Of a stretch of 64,000 nucleotides of DNA, positions 53,683 to 63,325 are shown one piece after another. The stretch covers positions 5,865,299-5,929,298 of the forward strand of contig JBKAGP010000001.1 in assembly GCA_046290465.1 (NCBI GenBank), written 5' to 3'. The position numbers and the translations under genes were made by a program. Positions within the stretch are counted from its first letter, which is position 1. Each line of letters begins with the position of its first letter. This DNA is from Planctomycetota bacterium. Its GTDB lineage: Bacteria; Planctomycetota; UBA1135; UBA2386. The notes under the pieces are model-generated. The model was not told the DNA's origin. It saw only the letters and a program-made list of their open reading frames with translations, and did no database searches.

Positions 53683-56247
53683 CTACCAGTGGCTGCCGAT
53701 CGTGAACGCGACCGCATCGGTCGCCGAGACCTGGCCGAGCACGCCCGGCTGGGACAGGTCCACGGTCAGGAAGTGGTGGTGCACGATCTGGCCGACCAGC
53801 GCCGGCTGGTTCGGGATCGTCAGGCGCGCGTCGGCGACCTGGCCGAGCTGGGGCGGGACGGTCACCAGGATCGGGTCGACCAGCAGCGAGCAGAACGGCG
53901 CCGCGTTGGCGAACAGCGAACCGAGCGGCACGCCGATCGGCGTGAAGCCGTAGACGGCGACAGCGGTGTGGCCGATCGGGATCGCGGTCGCCAGCGTGCG
54001 CGCCTGCCGGCCGAGCCAGGCACCGGAGCGGACCTTCAGCGTGGCGGTCAACGACGCCGAGGTGCAGAAGCCGTTGGCATACTCGAACGGGATCGCCGGA
54101 CACGTCGGTTCGACGCGCGCGACGAACATCGTCTCGACGCCGTCGAAGCGGCTGAACGCGCCGACGCACAGCACGGTGCCGTCGCTGCGCACCGCGAGGT
54201 CGTGCACCATCGCATCGGCACCGCTGCCGATCGCGTGCCAGGACGTGCCGTCCCAGCGCGCGATGTTGGCGGCGGGCACGCCGCCGGCCGCCGAGAAGCT
54301 GCCGCCGACCAGGAGGTCGCCGTTCGGCATCGCCGCGAGGCAGGTCGGTCGCTGCGTCGGGTCGTTGACCGGAAAGCCCGATCCCGGTTGGGACCAGCCG
54401 ACGCCGTCGAACGTCGCGATGCCCGACATCGGAGTGGTGCCTGCTTGCGTGATGTCGCCGAGCACGACCAGGTTGCCGGTGGTGGTGACCGCCAGGTCGC
54501 GCGGGGGCGCGTCGACGTCGCCGCCGACGGCAAACCACTGCTGCGCGACGTAGGTCGCGAGGTGTCCGACCGGGCCGCCGGTCTGCGACAGCTCGCCGCC
54601 GAACACGATCGTGCCGTCCTCGAGGCGCGTGATCGCGGTGACGCTGCCGGTGAACTGCGGGTCGTAGTCGAGCCAGGTCAGCGTGTCCGGATCCCACGCG
54701 GCCAGTCCGGTGAAGGTCTGGCCGTAGAGGTCGGTGAACTGGTAGTCGCCGCCGACCAGCAGTCTGCCTGCTGCGTCTTCGCCGAACGCGAGCACCTTGC
54801 CGGCGACCACGGCGATCAGTTGGTAGGCGGGCGTCAGCGTGTCGCGGTAGAACACGAACGTCGCCCCGGTCGCGGCCTGCAGCGCGATGGCGTGGGCGCC
54901 GCTGTCGAGCGCATGGCCGACGGCGCCGGTGATGGTCGTGCCGAGGTTGACGGCTGCCGGAATCCAGCTGCCGTCGCGGTAGCGTGCCGCGTGCGGCGAG
55001 ACCACCGAGGCGAGGCTGCGGAAGTCGCCGGCCACCAGCAGGTCCCCGTCGCCGAGCGCCGCCGCGGCGAACACGGCGCCGTCGGTGCCCGGCCCGAGCG
55101 CGCGCCACTGCAGGCCGTTCCACCGCGCGATGCCGCGCAGCGGCGCGCCGGCGACCGCCTCGGAGGTGCCGCGCAGCAGCGCGCCGGAGGGCAGTTCGTA
55201 GAGGCTCGACGCGTAGCTCGGGGCGTTGGCGAGGCCGATCGGCAGCCAGTTGCCGCCGCTGCTGCGCACGGCTGGGGTGTACAGCAGGCCCGAGGGGCGC
55301 AGGTCCCCGCCGACGAGCAGTTCGCCGGAAGCCGCCTCGATCACGCAACGCTTGCTGCCGAACGGCAGGTTCGGTGCGGCGGTCCAGGTGCTGCCGTCGA
55401 AGCGGGCGAACCCCGCGGCCGGCACGCCGTCGATGCTGGTGAAGTTGCCGACGACGATCAGGTCGCCGTTGGACGCGAGCAACAGCTGCTCGCCGATGCC
55501 GATCGGCAGGATGTTGTTGGCGGCCATGCCGCTGCCGTAGGGCTGCCAGCCCGAGCCGTCCCAGCGCGCGATGCTGCCGACCGGCTGGCCGGCCGCCAGC
55601 GCGAAGAAGCCGGTCGCGACGACGTCGCCGTTGGGCAGCACGACCAGGTCGTTGACGTATTCCTCGAGCGAGGTCACCAGGTTGCCGATCGAGCTCCACT
55701 GGTTGTTGGCGAAGCGCAGCACCGAGGTCCCGACGACGCCGCCGGCGAGCGTCTCGCGGAACTCGCCGCCGACCAGCACGTCGCCGTTGGGGCGCACGGC
55801 GACCGCGTGCACGCGGCCCTGTGGATCGGTGATGCCGTTGCCGAGCGCCGACCAGGTGGTGCCGTCGAAGCGCGCGACGTCGTTGGCGGCGATCCCGCCG
55901 ATCTCGGTGAAGTCGCCGCCGACGATCAGGTCGCCGTTCGGCGTCACGGCCGCGTCGCGAACAATGCCGTCGCAGCGGCCGATGCTCGAGAACGTCTCGG
56001 TGGCGGGATCGAGCAGGGCGAGTCCGCCGCCGACGTTGGCAAGGTTGCGAAACGCTCCGCAGACGACCACGTGCACGCCGAGCGGGCCGGGGCCGTCGGG
56101 GTCCCATTCGACGAACGAACGGACCTCGCCGTCGGCACCCGCGAACGGGCCGTCCGAAGCGGGCAGGACGTCGCACTGGCCGACGGCGATCGTGACCAGC
56201 GACAAGGGAGCGAGCGCAGCTCGCAGCAGAGGGCGGATCGGTTGCAT
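53683..56247 (-). CDS. Secreted giant propeller-type repeat protein (about 15 repeats of ~48 aa) ending in the shared C-terminal module
   Basis: ORF 53683..56490, start at MQPIRPLLRAALAPLSLVTIAVGQC (56247). Repeats resemble NGDLIVGGDFTEIGGIAANDVARFDGTTWSALGNG. Tail: CPAIPFEYANGFC...AAPFCSLLVDP...LTIPNQPALVGQIVHHHFLTVD...IGSHW. Confidence 0.8.
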   Translation of the reverse strand: MQPIRPLLRAALAPLSLVTIAVGQCDVLPASDGPFAGADGEVRSFVEWDPDGPGPLGVHVVVCGAFRNLANVGGGLALLDPATETFSSIGRCDGIVRDAAVTPNGDLIVGGDFTEIGGIAANDVARFDGTTWSALGNGITDPQGRVHAVAVRPNGDVLVGGEFRETLAGGVVGTSVLRFANNQWSSIGNLVTSLEEYVNDLVVLPNGDVVATGFFALAAGQPVGSIARWDGSGWQPYGSGMAANNILPIGIGEQLLLASNGDLIVVGNFTSIDGVPAAGFARFDGSTWTAAPNLPFGSKRCVIEAASGELLVGGDLRPSGLLYTPAVRSSGGNWLPIGLANAPSYASSLYELPSGALLRGTSEAVAGAPLRGIARWNGLQWRALGPGTDGAVFAAAALGDGDLLVAGDFRSLASVVSPHAARYRDGSWIPAAVNLGTTITGAVGHALDSGAHAIALQAATGATFVFYRDTLTPAYQLIAVVAGKVLAFGEDAAGRLLVGGDYQFTDLYGQTFTGLAAWDPDTLTWLDYDPQFTGSVTAITRLEDGTIVFGGELSQTGGPVGHLATYVAQQWFAVGGDVDAPPRDLAVTTTGNLVVLGDITQAGTTPMSGIATFDGVGWSQPGSGFPVNDPTQRPTCLAAMPNGDLLVGGSFSAAGGVPAANIARWDGTSWHAIGSGADAMVHDLAVRSDGTVLCVGAFSRFDGVETMFVARVEPTCPAIPFEYANGFCTSASLTATLKVRSGAWLGRQARTLATAIPIGHTAVAVYGFTPIGVPLGSLFANAAPFCSLLVDPILVTVPPQLGQVADARLTIPNQPALVGQIVHHHFLTVDLSQPGVLGQVSATDAVAFTIGSHW

Positions 56248-56365
56248 GCGTGGGGTCTCCTTCGGATTCGCCCCGGGATAGTAGCCGCGCCGTCGTCGGT
56301 CATCGCGCGGGCGGAACCGCTCACTCGACGTGCGGTGAGCAGAACCGCTCTGCGCATCGTCGTCG

Positions 56366-56565
56366 CACTGATCACTTGGTTGTTGGTCCCGGCGCGGCCG
56401 ACGCGAAGCCTGGCGCAGCGGCGGCCGGAGGCCCTGCACGGGCCGCCGCGAGGGCCGCTGCGGCGCGATCCGGCCGATCTGGCCGCACAATCCGCGGATT
56501 CCCGGCCCACATTCCGCTACACCGATCCACGGCCGCGCGCGGCACCAACAACCAGGTGGTCAGTT
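56366..56565. mobile_element. MITE-like non-autonomous element (about 200 bp), a second derivative of the IS, in the promoter region of the repeat-protein gene
   Basis: Left end CACTGATCACTTGGTTGTTGGTCCCGGCGCGG. The right end (reverse complement) is AACTGACCACCTGGTTGTTGGTGCCGCGCGCGGCCGTGGA. That subterminal sequence resembles the left end of element 48341..48530, so the two are in opposite orientation. Confidence 0.65.
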
Positions 56566-56600
56566 GACGGCGTCTGTCGCCAGCCCCGCGCCGGCGCGTT

Positions 56601-56628
56601 CCCCGGACGATCAGCCCCGGACGATCAG
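56601..56628 (+). repeat. Perfect 14-bp tandem duplication overlapping the stop codon of the FAH-family gene
   Basis: CCCCGGACGATCAG occurs twice (56601..56614 and 56615..56628). Confidence 0.9.
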
Positions 56629-57524
56629 CCCTCGGCTGCGGCGACCGGGTTGCGCAGCACGCCGAGGCCGTCGATCTCGACCTCGCAGACGTCGCCGGCC
56701 TTCAGGTAGACGGGCGGCTTGCGCGCGAACCCGACCCCCGGCGGCGTGCCGGTCGCGATGACGTCTCCCGGCTCCAGCGTGAACCACTGCGACAGGTCCT
56801 CGATCAGCTCCGGGATCCCGAACACCAGCTGGTCGGTGTTCGAGTCCTGCAGCGTCTCGCCGTTGAGGCGCAGGCGGATGCCGAGCCGGTGCGGGTCCGG
56901 AATCTCGTCGGTCGTCGCGACGAACTCGCCGAACGGCGCAAACGTGTCGCACGCCTTGCCACGCGTCCACTGGCCGTCGGCGAACTGGAAGTCGCGCGCC
57001 GACACGTCGTGGAAGTTGCAGTAGCCGAGCACGTGGTCCATCGCGTCCGCGCGGCTCACCCGGCACGCGCGGCGGCCGACGACGACGCCGAGTTCGGCCT
57101 CGAAGTCGGTCTCGGTGCTGCCCTTCGGGATCACGATCGTGCCGCCGGGCGCGAGCACGCAGCTCGGGAACTTGCTGAAGATCAGCGGCCGGGTGGGCAG
57201 CTCGGCGCCCTGCTCCTCGGCGTGGTCCTTGTAGTTGAGGCCGATGCAGAAGATCTTGCCCGGCTTCGGCACCGGCGCGTGCAGTTCGACCGCGTCGCGC
57301 GCGAGCACCGCCTGGCCGCGCACGGCGTCGACCTTGCCGCCATCGGCGACCAGCGCGCGGGCCGCCGCCTGGAACGGGTGCGCCAGGTCGCACGCGTCGA
57401 GCGCGTGGCCGAGCGCGGGCAGGCCGCAGGCGTCGTGGGTCAGGTCCAGCACGCTGCCGTCGTCGAGCAGCGCGCCGGGGCGCGGGGTGGGGGAGGTCGA
57501 GGTCGAGAAGGCGACGAGTTTCAC
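56625..57524 (-). CDS. Fumarylacetoacetate hydrolase (FAH) family protein
   Basis: ORF 56625..57578. GTG 57524 is preceded by AGGAG. Motifs: KIFCIGLNYKDHAEE, TDFEAELGVVVGR, GYCNFHDVSARDFQ and GDVIATGTPPGVG. Confidence 0.9.
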   Translation of the reverse strand: MKLVAFSTSTSPTPRPGALLDDGSVLDLTHDACGLPALGHALDACDLAHPFQAAARALVADGGKVDAVRGQAVLARDAVELHAPVPKPGKIFCIGLNYKDHAEEQGAELPTRPLIFSKFPSCVLAPGGTIVIPKGSTETDFEAELGVVVGRRACRVSRADAMDHVLGYCNFHDVSARDFQFADGQWTRGKACDTFAPFGEFVATTDEIPDPHRLGIRLRLNGETLQDSNTDQLVFGIPELIEDLSQWFTLEPGDVIATGTPPGVGFARKPPVYLKAGDVCEVEIDGLGVLRNPVAAAEG

Positions 57525-57588
57525 GCGGAGGGCTCCTATTGGGAGCGACAGCGGAACCGTTCGGCCTGCTCGCCGCAACCTTGGAACG

Positions 57589-60126
57589 CTACCAGAGCGA
57601 TCCGACCAGCAGACCCATGCGCGGCGACGTGCGCACCGACAGCGCGCCGAGTGCCGAGAAGTCGAGGCCGATGGTCTGGTGGTAGATGGTCACGCCGACG
57701 GCGGCGGCCAGGTCGGGCACGTCTGGCGAGAACGGCGCCACGGCCTGCTGCGGCGTCGCCAGCATCAGCACGTCGGGCTGCAGCTCCAGGTAGCAGGATC
57801 CGGGCAGGCCGGCCTGGGCCAGCGGCAGCAGCGCCGTCTGCGTGCCGAACACGCCGACCGCCAGCGACGTGCCCAGGAACGGCGCGACCTCGAGTTCGAT
57901 CGCGGCGCCGCGCCACGCGTCGGCCCGCACTTCGACCTGCAGCGGCAGCGAACTGCCGCACGCAAACGTCTGCTGGTCGCTCCGCGTCGGGCAGGTCGGC
58001 GTCAGCACGGTGACGCCGGCGGTCGGCCACTGCGGCACGTTGAGGAAGTCGCCGCACACCGCGACCTCGCCGTCGGGCGCGACGTCGAGGCGGCGGACCG
58101 GGCCGTCGATGCCGACACCGGCGTCGTGCCAGGCACCGTCCCATCGGGCCAGGTGGCTGGCCGGAACGCCGCCGGCGCTCTGGAAGCTGCCGCCGACCAG
58201 CAGTTCGCCGGTCGGCAATTCGACGACGGTCCGCGCATCCCCGGACGGGAAGCCGCTGCCGAACGTCTGCCAGCCCTGGCCGTCCCAGGCGGCGATGCCG
58301 TTCGCGGGCACGCCGCCGGCGAATTGGAACGGGCCGACCGCGACGAAGCCGCCGGCGCGGCGCGGCTCGAGGTCCTGTGGCGGCGCGTCGACGCCGCCCT
58401 GCAGCGCGTCCCAGCCGCTGCCGTGAAAGACGGCGAGGTTGCCGAGCGCGGTGCCGGCGGACGCGAGGTTCTCGCCACCGACCACCAGGTCGCCGTTGGC
58501 CAGCACGCACAGCGCGGTGACGCGGCCGGTCAGCAGCGGGTCGACCGGCCACCAGGCGCCGGTGGCGTTGCTGCGGCGTGCCAGCGGCGTCGGCGCCGGG
58601 AACGACGACGTGACCTCGGCCGCGCCGGCCAGCAGTTCGCCGTTCTGGTCGATCGCCAGGACCGCGTCGCCGTAGCCCGGGTCGGCCGAGCCGACCTGCG
58701 TGGTCACGCCGCCCTGCTCGCGGAAGATGCGATCGTCGCCGGCGATGCGCGCGGTGACGAACAGCGTGCCGTCGCCGCGGCGCACGAGGCGGCGGAAGTC
58801 GCGCACGACCGTCGGCTGCGAAGCGGAGAACAGGCCGAACTGCGTGTCGATGCGACCGAGGCCGCTGGCGGGGTGGCCGCCGAACGTCACGAAGCTGCCG
58901 GCGACGTAGTGCTGGCCTCCCGGCCCGGCCGCGACGTCGCGCACGATGCCGTCGGTGCCGCTGACCAGCGGCCCCCAGCTGCCCTGCCACGAGCGCGACA
59001 GGTTGCCGGTGCCCACGCGCGGGCTCGTGCTGTCGGGGGTGAGCCAGCGGAACCGGCCGCCGAGCAGGAAGTCGCCGCTCGGCAGCTGGGCCACCTCGGT
59101 CGCCGCGTGCTCGAGCTCGGCCGTGCCGAAGCCGGACCAGCTCGCGCCGTCCCAGATGGCGATCGGGGTCGGCGACGCGTTCGGCAGCGAGAACTGGCCG
59201 GTGACGGCGAGGTCGCCGTTGGCCAGCAGCGTGGCGCCGCGCGCGATCGACGGCAGCCCCGGCAGCGCGTTCCAGCCGGTGCCGTCCCAGCGCGCGGCCC
59301 AGCTCGCGCTGACGCCGCCGATGGTCGCGAACGGACCGACCACGTAGACGTCGCCGGTCGGGTGCAGCATCGCATCGTAGAGGACCGTGAAGCCGGTGGC
59401 GGCCGCGCCGAGCGGCGACCAGCTGCTGCCGTCCCACCGCGCGATGCCGGACGTGACCAGGCCGCCGATGCTCGCGAACGTGCCGGCCGCCAGCAGGTCG
59501 CCGTTGCCGTCGATCAGCACCCGCGCGACGGTGCCGGGCTGGTAGAAGATCTCGACGTCGCCGAGCGACTGCCAGGCGCCGTTGCTGCGTTCGGCGATCG
59601 ACCATGCCGGCACGCCGCCGATCGTGCCGAAGTGGCCGCCGACGACCAGGTCGCCGTTGGCGCGCGCGACGATCGAGTAGATCGCGGCGGGGCCGAGGGT
59701 CGGGACCGTCAGCGTGGCGCCGAGCGACGACCAGGTGCTGCCGTCGAAGCGGGCCAGCGGACCGGTGGCGACGCCGCCGATCGACGTGAACGAGCCGCCG
59801 ACCAGCAGGTCGCCGTTGCCGTCGGTCGCAAAGCAGTGCACCGCGCCGTTGCAGTCGGCGAACGGCTGCAGGCCGGTCGCCTCGTCGTAGACGGCGACGC
59901 TGGTGCGCACCGCACCGACCTCCCAGAACGCGCCGGCCAGCAGCTGCCGTTCGGGCTGGGGGCCGGGGCCGTCCGGGTCCCACCGGCCGAAGGCGTGCAC
60001 CGGGCCGTTGGCGCCGGCGCGCGGGCCGGTCGGGAACGGCACCGGCTGGCACTGCGCGGCGAGCGAAGCCGCACAGCAGGCCAGGACCAGCAACAGCGGG
60101 GACAGCGGGGGGCGGGCCGGCATCAT
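57589..60126 (-). CDS. Secreted giant propeller-type repeat protein, a paralog of 53683..56247, ending in the shared C-terminal module
   Basis: ORF 57589..60126. Signal MMPARPPLSPLLLVLACCAASLAAQC. Repeats include NGDLLVGGSFTSIGGVATGPLARFDGSTWSSLG and NGDLLAAGTFASIGGLVTSGIARWDGSSWSPLG. Tail: CPTRSDQQTFAC...LPGSCYLELQP...YHQTIGLDFSALG...VGSLW. Confidence 0.8.
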   Translation of the reverse strand: MMPARPPLSPLLLVLACCAASLAAQCQPVPFPTGPRAGANGPVHAFGRWDPDGPGPQPERQLLAGAFWEVGAVRTSVAVYDEATGLQPFADCNGAVHCFATDGNGDLLVGGSFTSIGGVATGPLARFDGSTWSSLGATLTVPTLGPAAIYSIVARANGDLVVGGHFGTIGGVPAWSIAERSNGAWQSLGDVEIFYQPGTVARVLIDGNGDLLAAGTFASIGGLVTSGIARWDGSSWSPLGAAATGFTVLYDAMLHPTGDVYVVGPFATIGGVSASWAARWDGTGWNALPGLPSIARGATLLANGDLAVTGQFSLPNASPTPIAIWDGASWSGFGTAELEHAATEVAQLPSGDFLLGGRFRWLTPDSTSPRVGTGNLSRSWQGSWGPLVSGTDGIVRDVAAGPGGQHYVAGSFVTFGGHPASGLGRIDTQFGLFSASQPTVVRDFRRLVRRGDGTLFVTARIAGDDRIFREQGGVTTQVGSADPGYGDAVLAIDQNGELLAGAAEVTSSFPAPTPLARRSNATGAWWPVDPLLTGRVTALCVLANGDLVVGGENLASAGTALGNLAVFHGSGWDALQGGVDAPPQDLEPRRAGGFVAVGPFQFAGGVPANGIAAWDGQGWQTFGSGFPSGDARTVVELPTGELLVGGSFQSAGGVPASHLARWDGAWHDAGVGIDGPVRRLDVAPDGEVAVCGDFLNVPQWPTAGVTVLTPTCPTRSDQQTFACGSSLPLQVEVRADAWRGAAIELEVAPFLGTSLAVGVFGTQTALLPLAQAGLPGSCYLELQPDVLMLATPQQAVAPFSPDVPDLAAAVGVTIYHQTIGLDFSALGALSVRTSPRMGLLVGSLW

Positions 60127-60198
60127 GGTGCCGAACGGTACGCCGCCGGACCGTCGCGGTAACCGCTTTCGCCCGTCACAGGGCGCGCATCCGCACGG

Positions 60199-60750
60199 CT
60201 ACAGGGTCGCCTGCAGCCGCCACTTCGGCGGCCGGCCGATCATCCCCTGCACGTTCTCTTCGAGCGCGACCTTCTTGTCGGTCTTCGGCAGCACGAACAT
60301 GCCGAACGGCGTGCTCGGCGGCTTCGCCTTGGCGTTGGCGGGGTCGATGACGGTGGTCTGGTAGCTGTTGGCGTGGTAGCGCAGCGTCCACCGGTCGCCG
60401 TCGAGCACCTGCTCGACCCGGTAGCCGGCGGTGTTGCCGCACTTGCCGCCGAACACCGCGACGACCATGCACCGTTCGAAGTCGACGATCGGGACCTGCT
60501 GCTGGTTGTAGTACCAACCGTAGCCGCGCTTTTGCGCCTGCTGGCCGGTGTGTTCGCACCACAGCGTCGCCCAGGTCTCGGCGTCGGTCACCCGCAGGTA
60601 GCGGGTCTCGTCGACCTTGCTGAACTCGCCGCGGAACGTCACCAGCGGCTTGGGCAGCTGCCTGGGGTCCTGCGGCTCTTGCACGAACGCCACCGCGCTC
60701 AGCGCGAGCGCGGCGACGATGAGGACGGCCACCTTCTTCGGGTTCATCAT
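60199..60750 (-). CDS. Secreted hypothetical protein
   Basis: ORF 60199..60750. Signal MMNPKKVAVLIVAALALSAVAFVQ. The composition looks coding (W/Y/K-rich, unlike shadow ORFs). I recognise no family. Confidence 0.6.
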   Translation of the reverse strand: MMNPKKVAVLIVAALALSAVAFVQEPQDPRQLPKPLVTFRGEFSKVDETRYLRVTDAETWATLWCEHTGQQAQKRGYGWYYNQQQVPIVDFERCMVVAVFGGKCGNTAGYRVEQVLDGDRWTLRYHANSYQTTVIDPANAKAKPPSTPFGMFVLPKTDKKVALEENVQGMIGRPPKWRLQATL

Positions 60751-60851
60751 GGAAGCCTAGACGATTCCGGCACCGGCTGGCTTCGTCAGTGAACTGTCAG
60801 CGCCGGAACCCCGGTGATCGGCGCGCCCTGCCCGGGTAGAACGCGGCCGTC

Positions 60852-62096
60852 GTGCTGTTCCGTTTCTGCCTCTACGGGTTCCTCAAGAACCTGCGCCTGT
60901 TCGACGCCTTCCTGCTGCTGGCGCTGCGCGACCGTGGCCTCGACTTCGCCGCGATCGGCGCCCTGGTGTCGGTGCGCGAGGTCTCGGTGCTGCTGCTCGA
61001 GGTGCCGTCCGGCGCGCTCGCGGACACGGTCGGCCGGCGCCGCTGCATGGTGCTGAGCATGGCCAGCTACGTCGCGTTCAGCCTGCTGTTCTGGGGCGCG
61101 TCGTCGTTCGCGCTGCTCGCGCTCGGCATGGTCTGCTACGGCGTCGGCGACGCGTTCCGCAGCGGCACGCACAAGGCGATGATCCTGTCGTGGCTGCGCG
61201 CACAGGATCGCCTCGACGACAAGACCGAGGTCTACGGCCGCACCCGTTCCTGGTCGCAGCTCGGCTCGGCCTGCTCGGCGGCGCTCGGCGGGGTGCTGCT
61301 GGTCGCCGGCGCCGACTACCGCGCGATGTTCCTCGCCTACGCCGTCATCGCCGCGATCAACCTGGTCAACCTCGCCACCTATCCGGCGGCGCTCGACGCG
61401 CGGCCCGACGACGACGAACCGCGCGGCGCGGTCGCCGCCACCTGGCGGCGCCTGCTCTCGACCGCGCGGCGGGTGTTCGCCGACCGCGCGCTGCGCCCGG
61501 TCGTCACCGCCGGGGTCGCGGTGCGCGGCGGCTACAAGGTCGCCAAGGACTACCTGCAGCCGGTGCTGCAGGCCCTGGTGGTGGCGCTGCCGGTCGGTGC
61601 CACGTGGAGCACCGAGCAGCGAACGGGGCTGTTGGTCGGCCTGGTCGGCGCCGGCCTGTTCGTGCTGGCGAGCCAGGCCTCGCGCCGCGCGCACCTGTTC
61701 GAACGGCGCTTCGCCGACGCCGACCGCGCCGCGCGCGCGCTGACGACGATCTTCGTGGTGCTGTTCGCGCTGCTCGCGGCGCTCGCCTGGCTCGACCAGC
61801 GTTGGGTGCTGGTCGCGATGTTCGTGCTGCTGGCGATCGGCAACAACCTGTGGCGGCCGGTGCAGGTGGGCCGGCTCGCCGACACCGGCGGCGACGAGGA
61901 CCAGGCCACGGTGCTCAGCATCGAGGCGCAGCTCGGCGCGCTGTTTGCGGCGCTGCTGGCGCCGGCGGTCGGAGCGCTGGTCGACCTGCTCGCCGACGGC
62001 GCCTCGCCGGTGCCGGCGCTGGCGCTGGCGCCGCTCGGCCTGCTGGCGCTGCCGGTGCTGTTCGCGCGCGCGCGGCTGGCGGCGGCGCGTTCCTGA
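60852..62096 (+). CDS. MFS transporter
   Basis: ORF 60852..62096 (GTG). About 12 hydrophobic helices, with the loop motif LADTVGRRR between TM2 and TM3. Confidence 0.8.
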   Translation: MLFRFCLYGFLKNLRLFDAFLLLALRDRGLDFAAIGALVSVREVSVLLLEVPSGALADTVGRRRCMVLSMASYVAFSLLFWGASSFALLALGMVCYGVGDAFRSGTHKAMILSWLRAQDRLDDKTEVYGRTRSWSQLGSACSAALGGVLLVAGADYRAMFLAYAVIAAINLVNLATYPAALDARPDDDEPRGAVAATWRRLLSTARRVFADRALRPVVTAGVAVRGGYKVAKDYLQPVLQALVVALPVGATWSTEQRTGLLVGLVGAGLFVLASQASRRAHLFERRFADADRAARALTTIFVVLFALLAALAWLDQRWVLVAMFVLLAIGNNLWRPVQVGRLADTGGDEDQATVLSIEAQLGALFAALLAPAVGALVDLLADGASPVPALALAPLGLLALPVLFARARLAAARS

Positions 62097-62147
62097 CCGT
62101 CGCAGTCCACCGCGTGCCGACGGCCGCGATGGCCGAGGCCGCGCCGA

Positions 62148-63293
62148 TCAGCAGCCGAACGTCGCGACGCCCTTGATGTAGCCCTCGGTCGCGCTGTCGC
62201 CGGTGAACGCGTCGGGCACGTTCTCGAGCCCGGCGTAGCGGTGCGTCACCAGATCCCGCACGCGCACGTCGCCGCGCTCGAGCAGCTCGAGGCCCTGCCG
62301 GTAGATCGTCGGCTTGCCGTCGTCGTCGAAGCCGCCGCTGGCTCCGACCGTCGTGATCAGCACCGCCTCCTTCCACTGCAGCAGGGTCAGGTGTTCGAGC
62401 GGTGCGGTGCCGTGGCCGACGCCGTAGAGCAGCACGGTGGCCTGCTTGCGGATGATGTCGGCCGCCACTGGAAACACGTGGCCACAGCCGGTCGCCTCGA
62501 CCAGCAGTTCGGCGCGGCGGCCGCGCGAGTGCTGCAGCACCGCCTGCTGCAGCTCTTCGGGCGCCACCGCGATGGCGCCGAGCCTGGCCGCCATCGCGCG
62601 CTTGTGCGCGCTCGGATCGCTGACCAGCACCGGCCCGTCGAACGCATACCTGCTGCGCAGCACCTGCACGAACAACAGCCCGGCGGGACCCGCGCCGAGG
62701 ATCACGACGGTGCGCACGCGCTCGCTCTCGGACGCGGCGGGGCCGAGTCGGTAGCGCGTGTTGGCGCGCACGCCGAAGTCGGTCGAGTGCAGCACGCAGC
62801 CGATCGGTTCGGTCATCACCGCCTCGGCGAACGGCAGGTCGCTGCGGATCTCGATGCAGTTGATCGCCGGCGTGACCAGCTGCTCGGCGAAGCCGCCGGG
62901 CAGGCCGGTGATGCCGTGCTCCTCGAAGAACTCGCACTGGTGCGAGTGGCCGGTCGCGCAGTACTCGCAGCGCGGCTCGCGCCGTTCGCTGACGCAGTTG
63001 CGGCCCTGGTCGACGACCACGCGCGCGCCGACGCGCAGGTCGGTCACGGCCTTGCCGGTCTCGACGACGGTGCCGGTGATCTCGTGACCGAGGATCTGCG
63101 GCCACTCCTCGAACGGGATCTGGCTGCCGTCCTCACGGAAGCGGAAGTTCGATTCGCCCGCGAAGATGTGGAAGTCGGTGCCGCAGACGCCGACCGCGTT
63201 CGGCTCGATGCGCACGTCGAACGGACCGAGCTGCGGCGCCTCGACGTCGAGCAGCTCCAGGCGACGGGGGGCGGTGATCGCGCAGGCTCGCAT
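62148..63293 (-). CDS. Zinc-dependent medium-chain dehydrogenase (threonine/sorbitol dehydrogenase-like)
   Basis: ORF 62148..63293. Motifs: GVCGTDFHIF, GHEITGTV, a structural-zinc Cys cluster CVSERREPRCEYCATGHSHQC, and the NAD fold VVILGAGPAGL. Confidence 0.9.
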   Translation of the reverse strand: MRACAITAPRRLELLDVEAPQLGPFDVRIEPNAVGVCGTDFHIFAGESNFRFREDGSQIPFEEWPQILGHEITGTVVETGKAVTDLRVGARVVVDQGRNCVSERREPRCEYCATGHSHQCEFFEEHGITGLPGGFAEQLVTPAINCIEIRSDLPFAEAVMTEPIGCVLHSTDFGVRANTRYRLGPAASESERVRTVVILGAGPAGLLFVQVLRSRYAFDGPVLVSDPSAHKRAMAARLGAIAVAPEELQQAVLQHSRGRRAELLVEATGCGHVFPVAADIIRKQATVLLYGVGHGTAPLEHLTLLQWKEAVLITTVGASGGFDDDGKPTIYRQGLELLERGDVRVRDLVTHRYAGLENVPDAFTGDSATEGYIKGVATFGC

Positions 63294-63325
63294 GCCGCGC
63301 AGTGTAGCGGCGGCGGCGATCGGGC

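Noticed and set aside
49120-56565. selC-linked genomic island or prophage.
   Set aside because: There is no integrase, excisionase or phage gene, and I spotted no direct repeat of the tRNA 3' end downstream. The content is ordinary secreted or hypothetical proteins plus an IS. Only the MITE bracketing is reported, as speculative.
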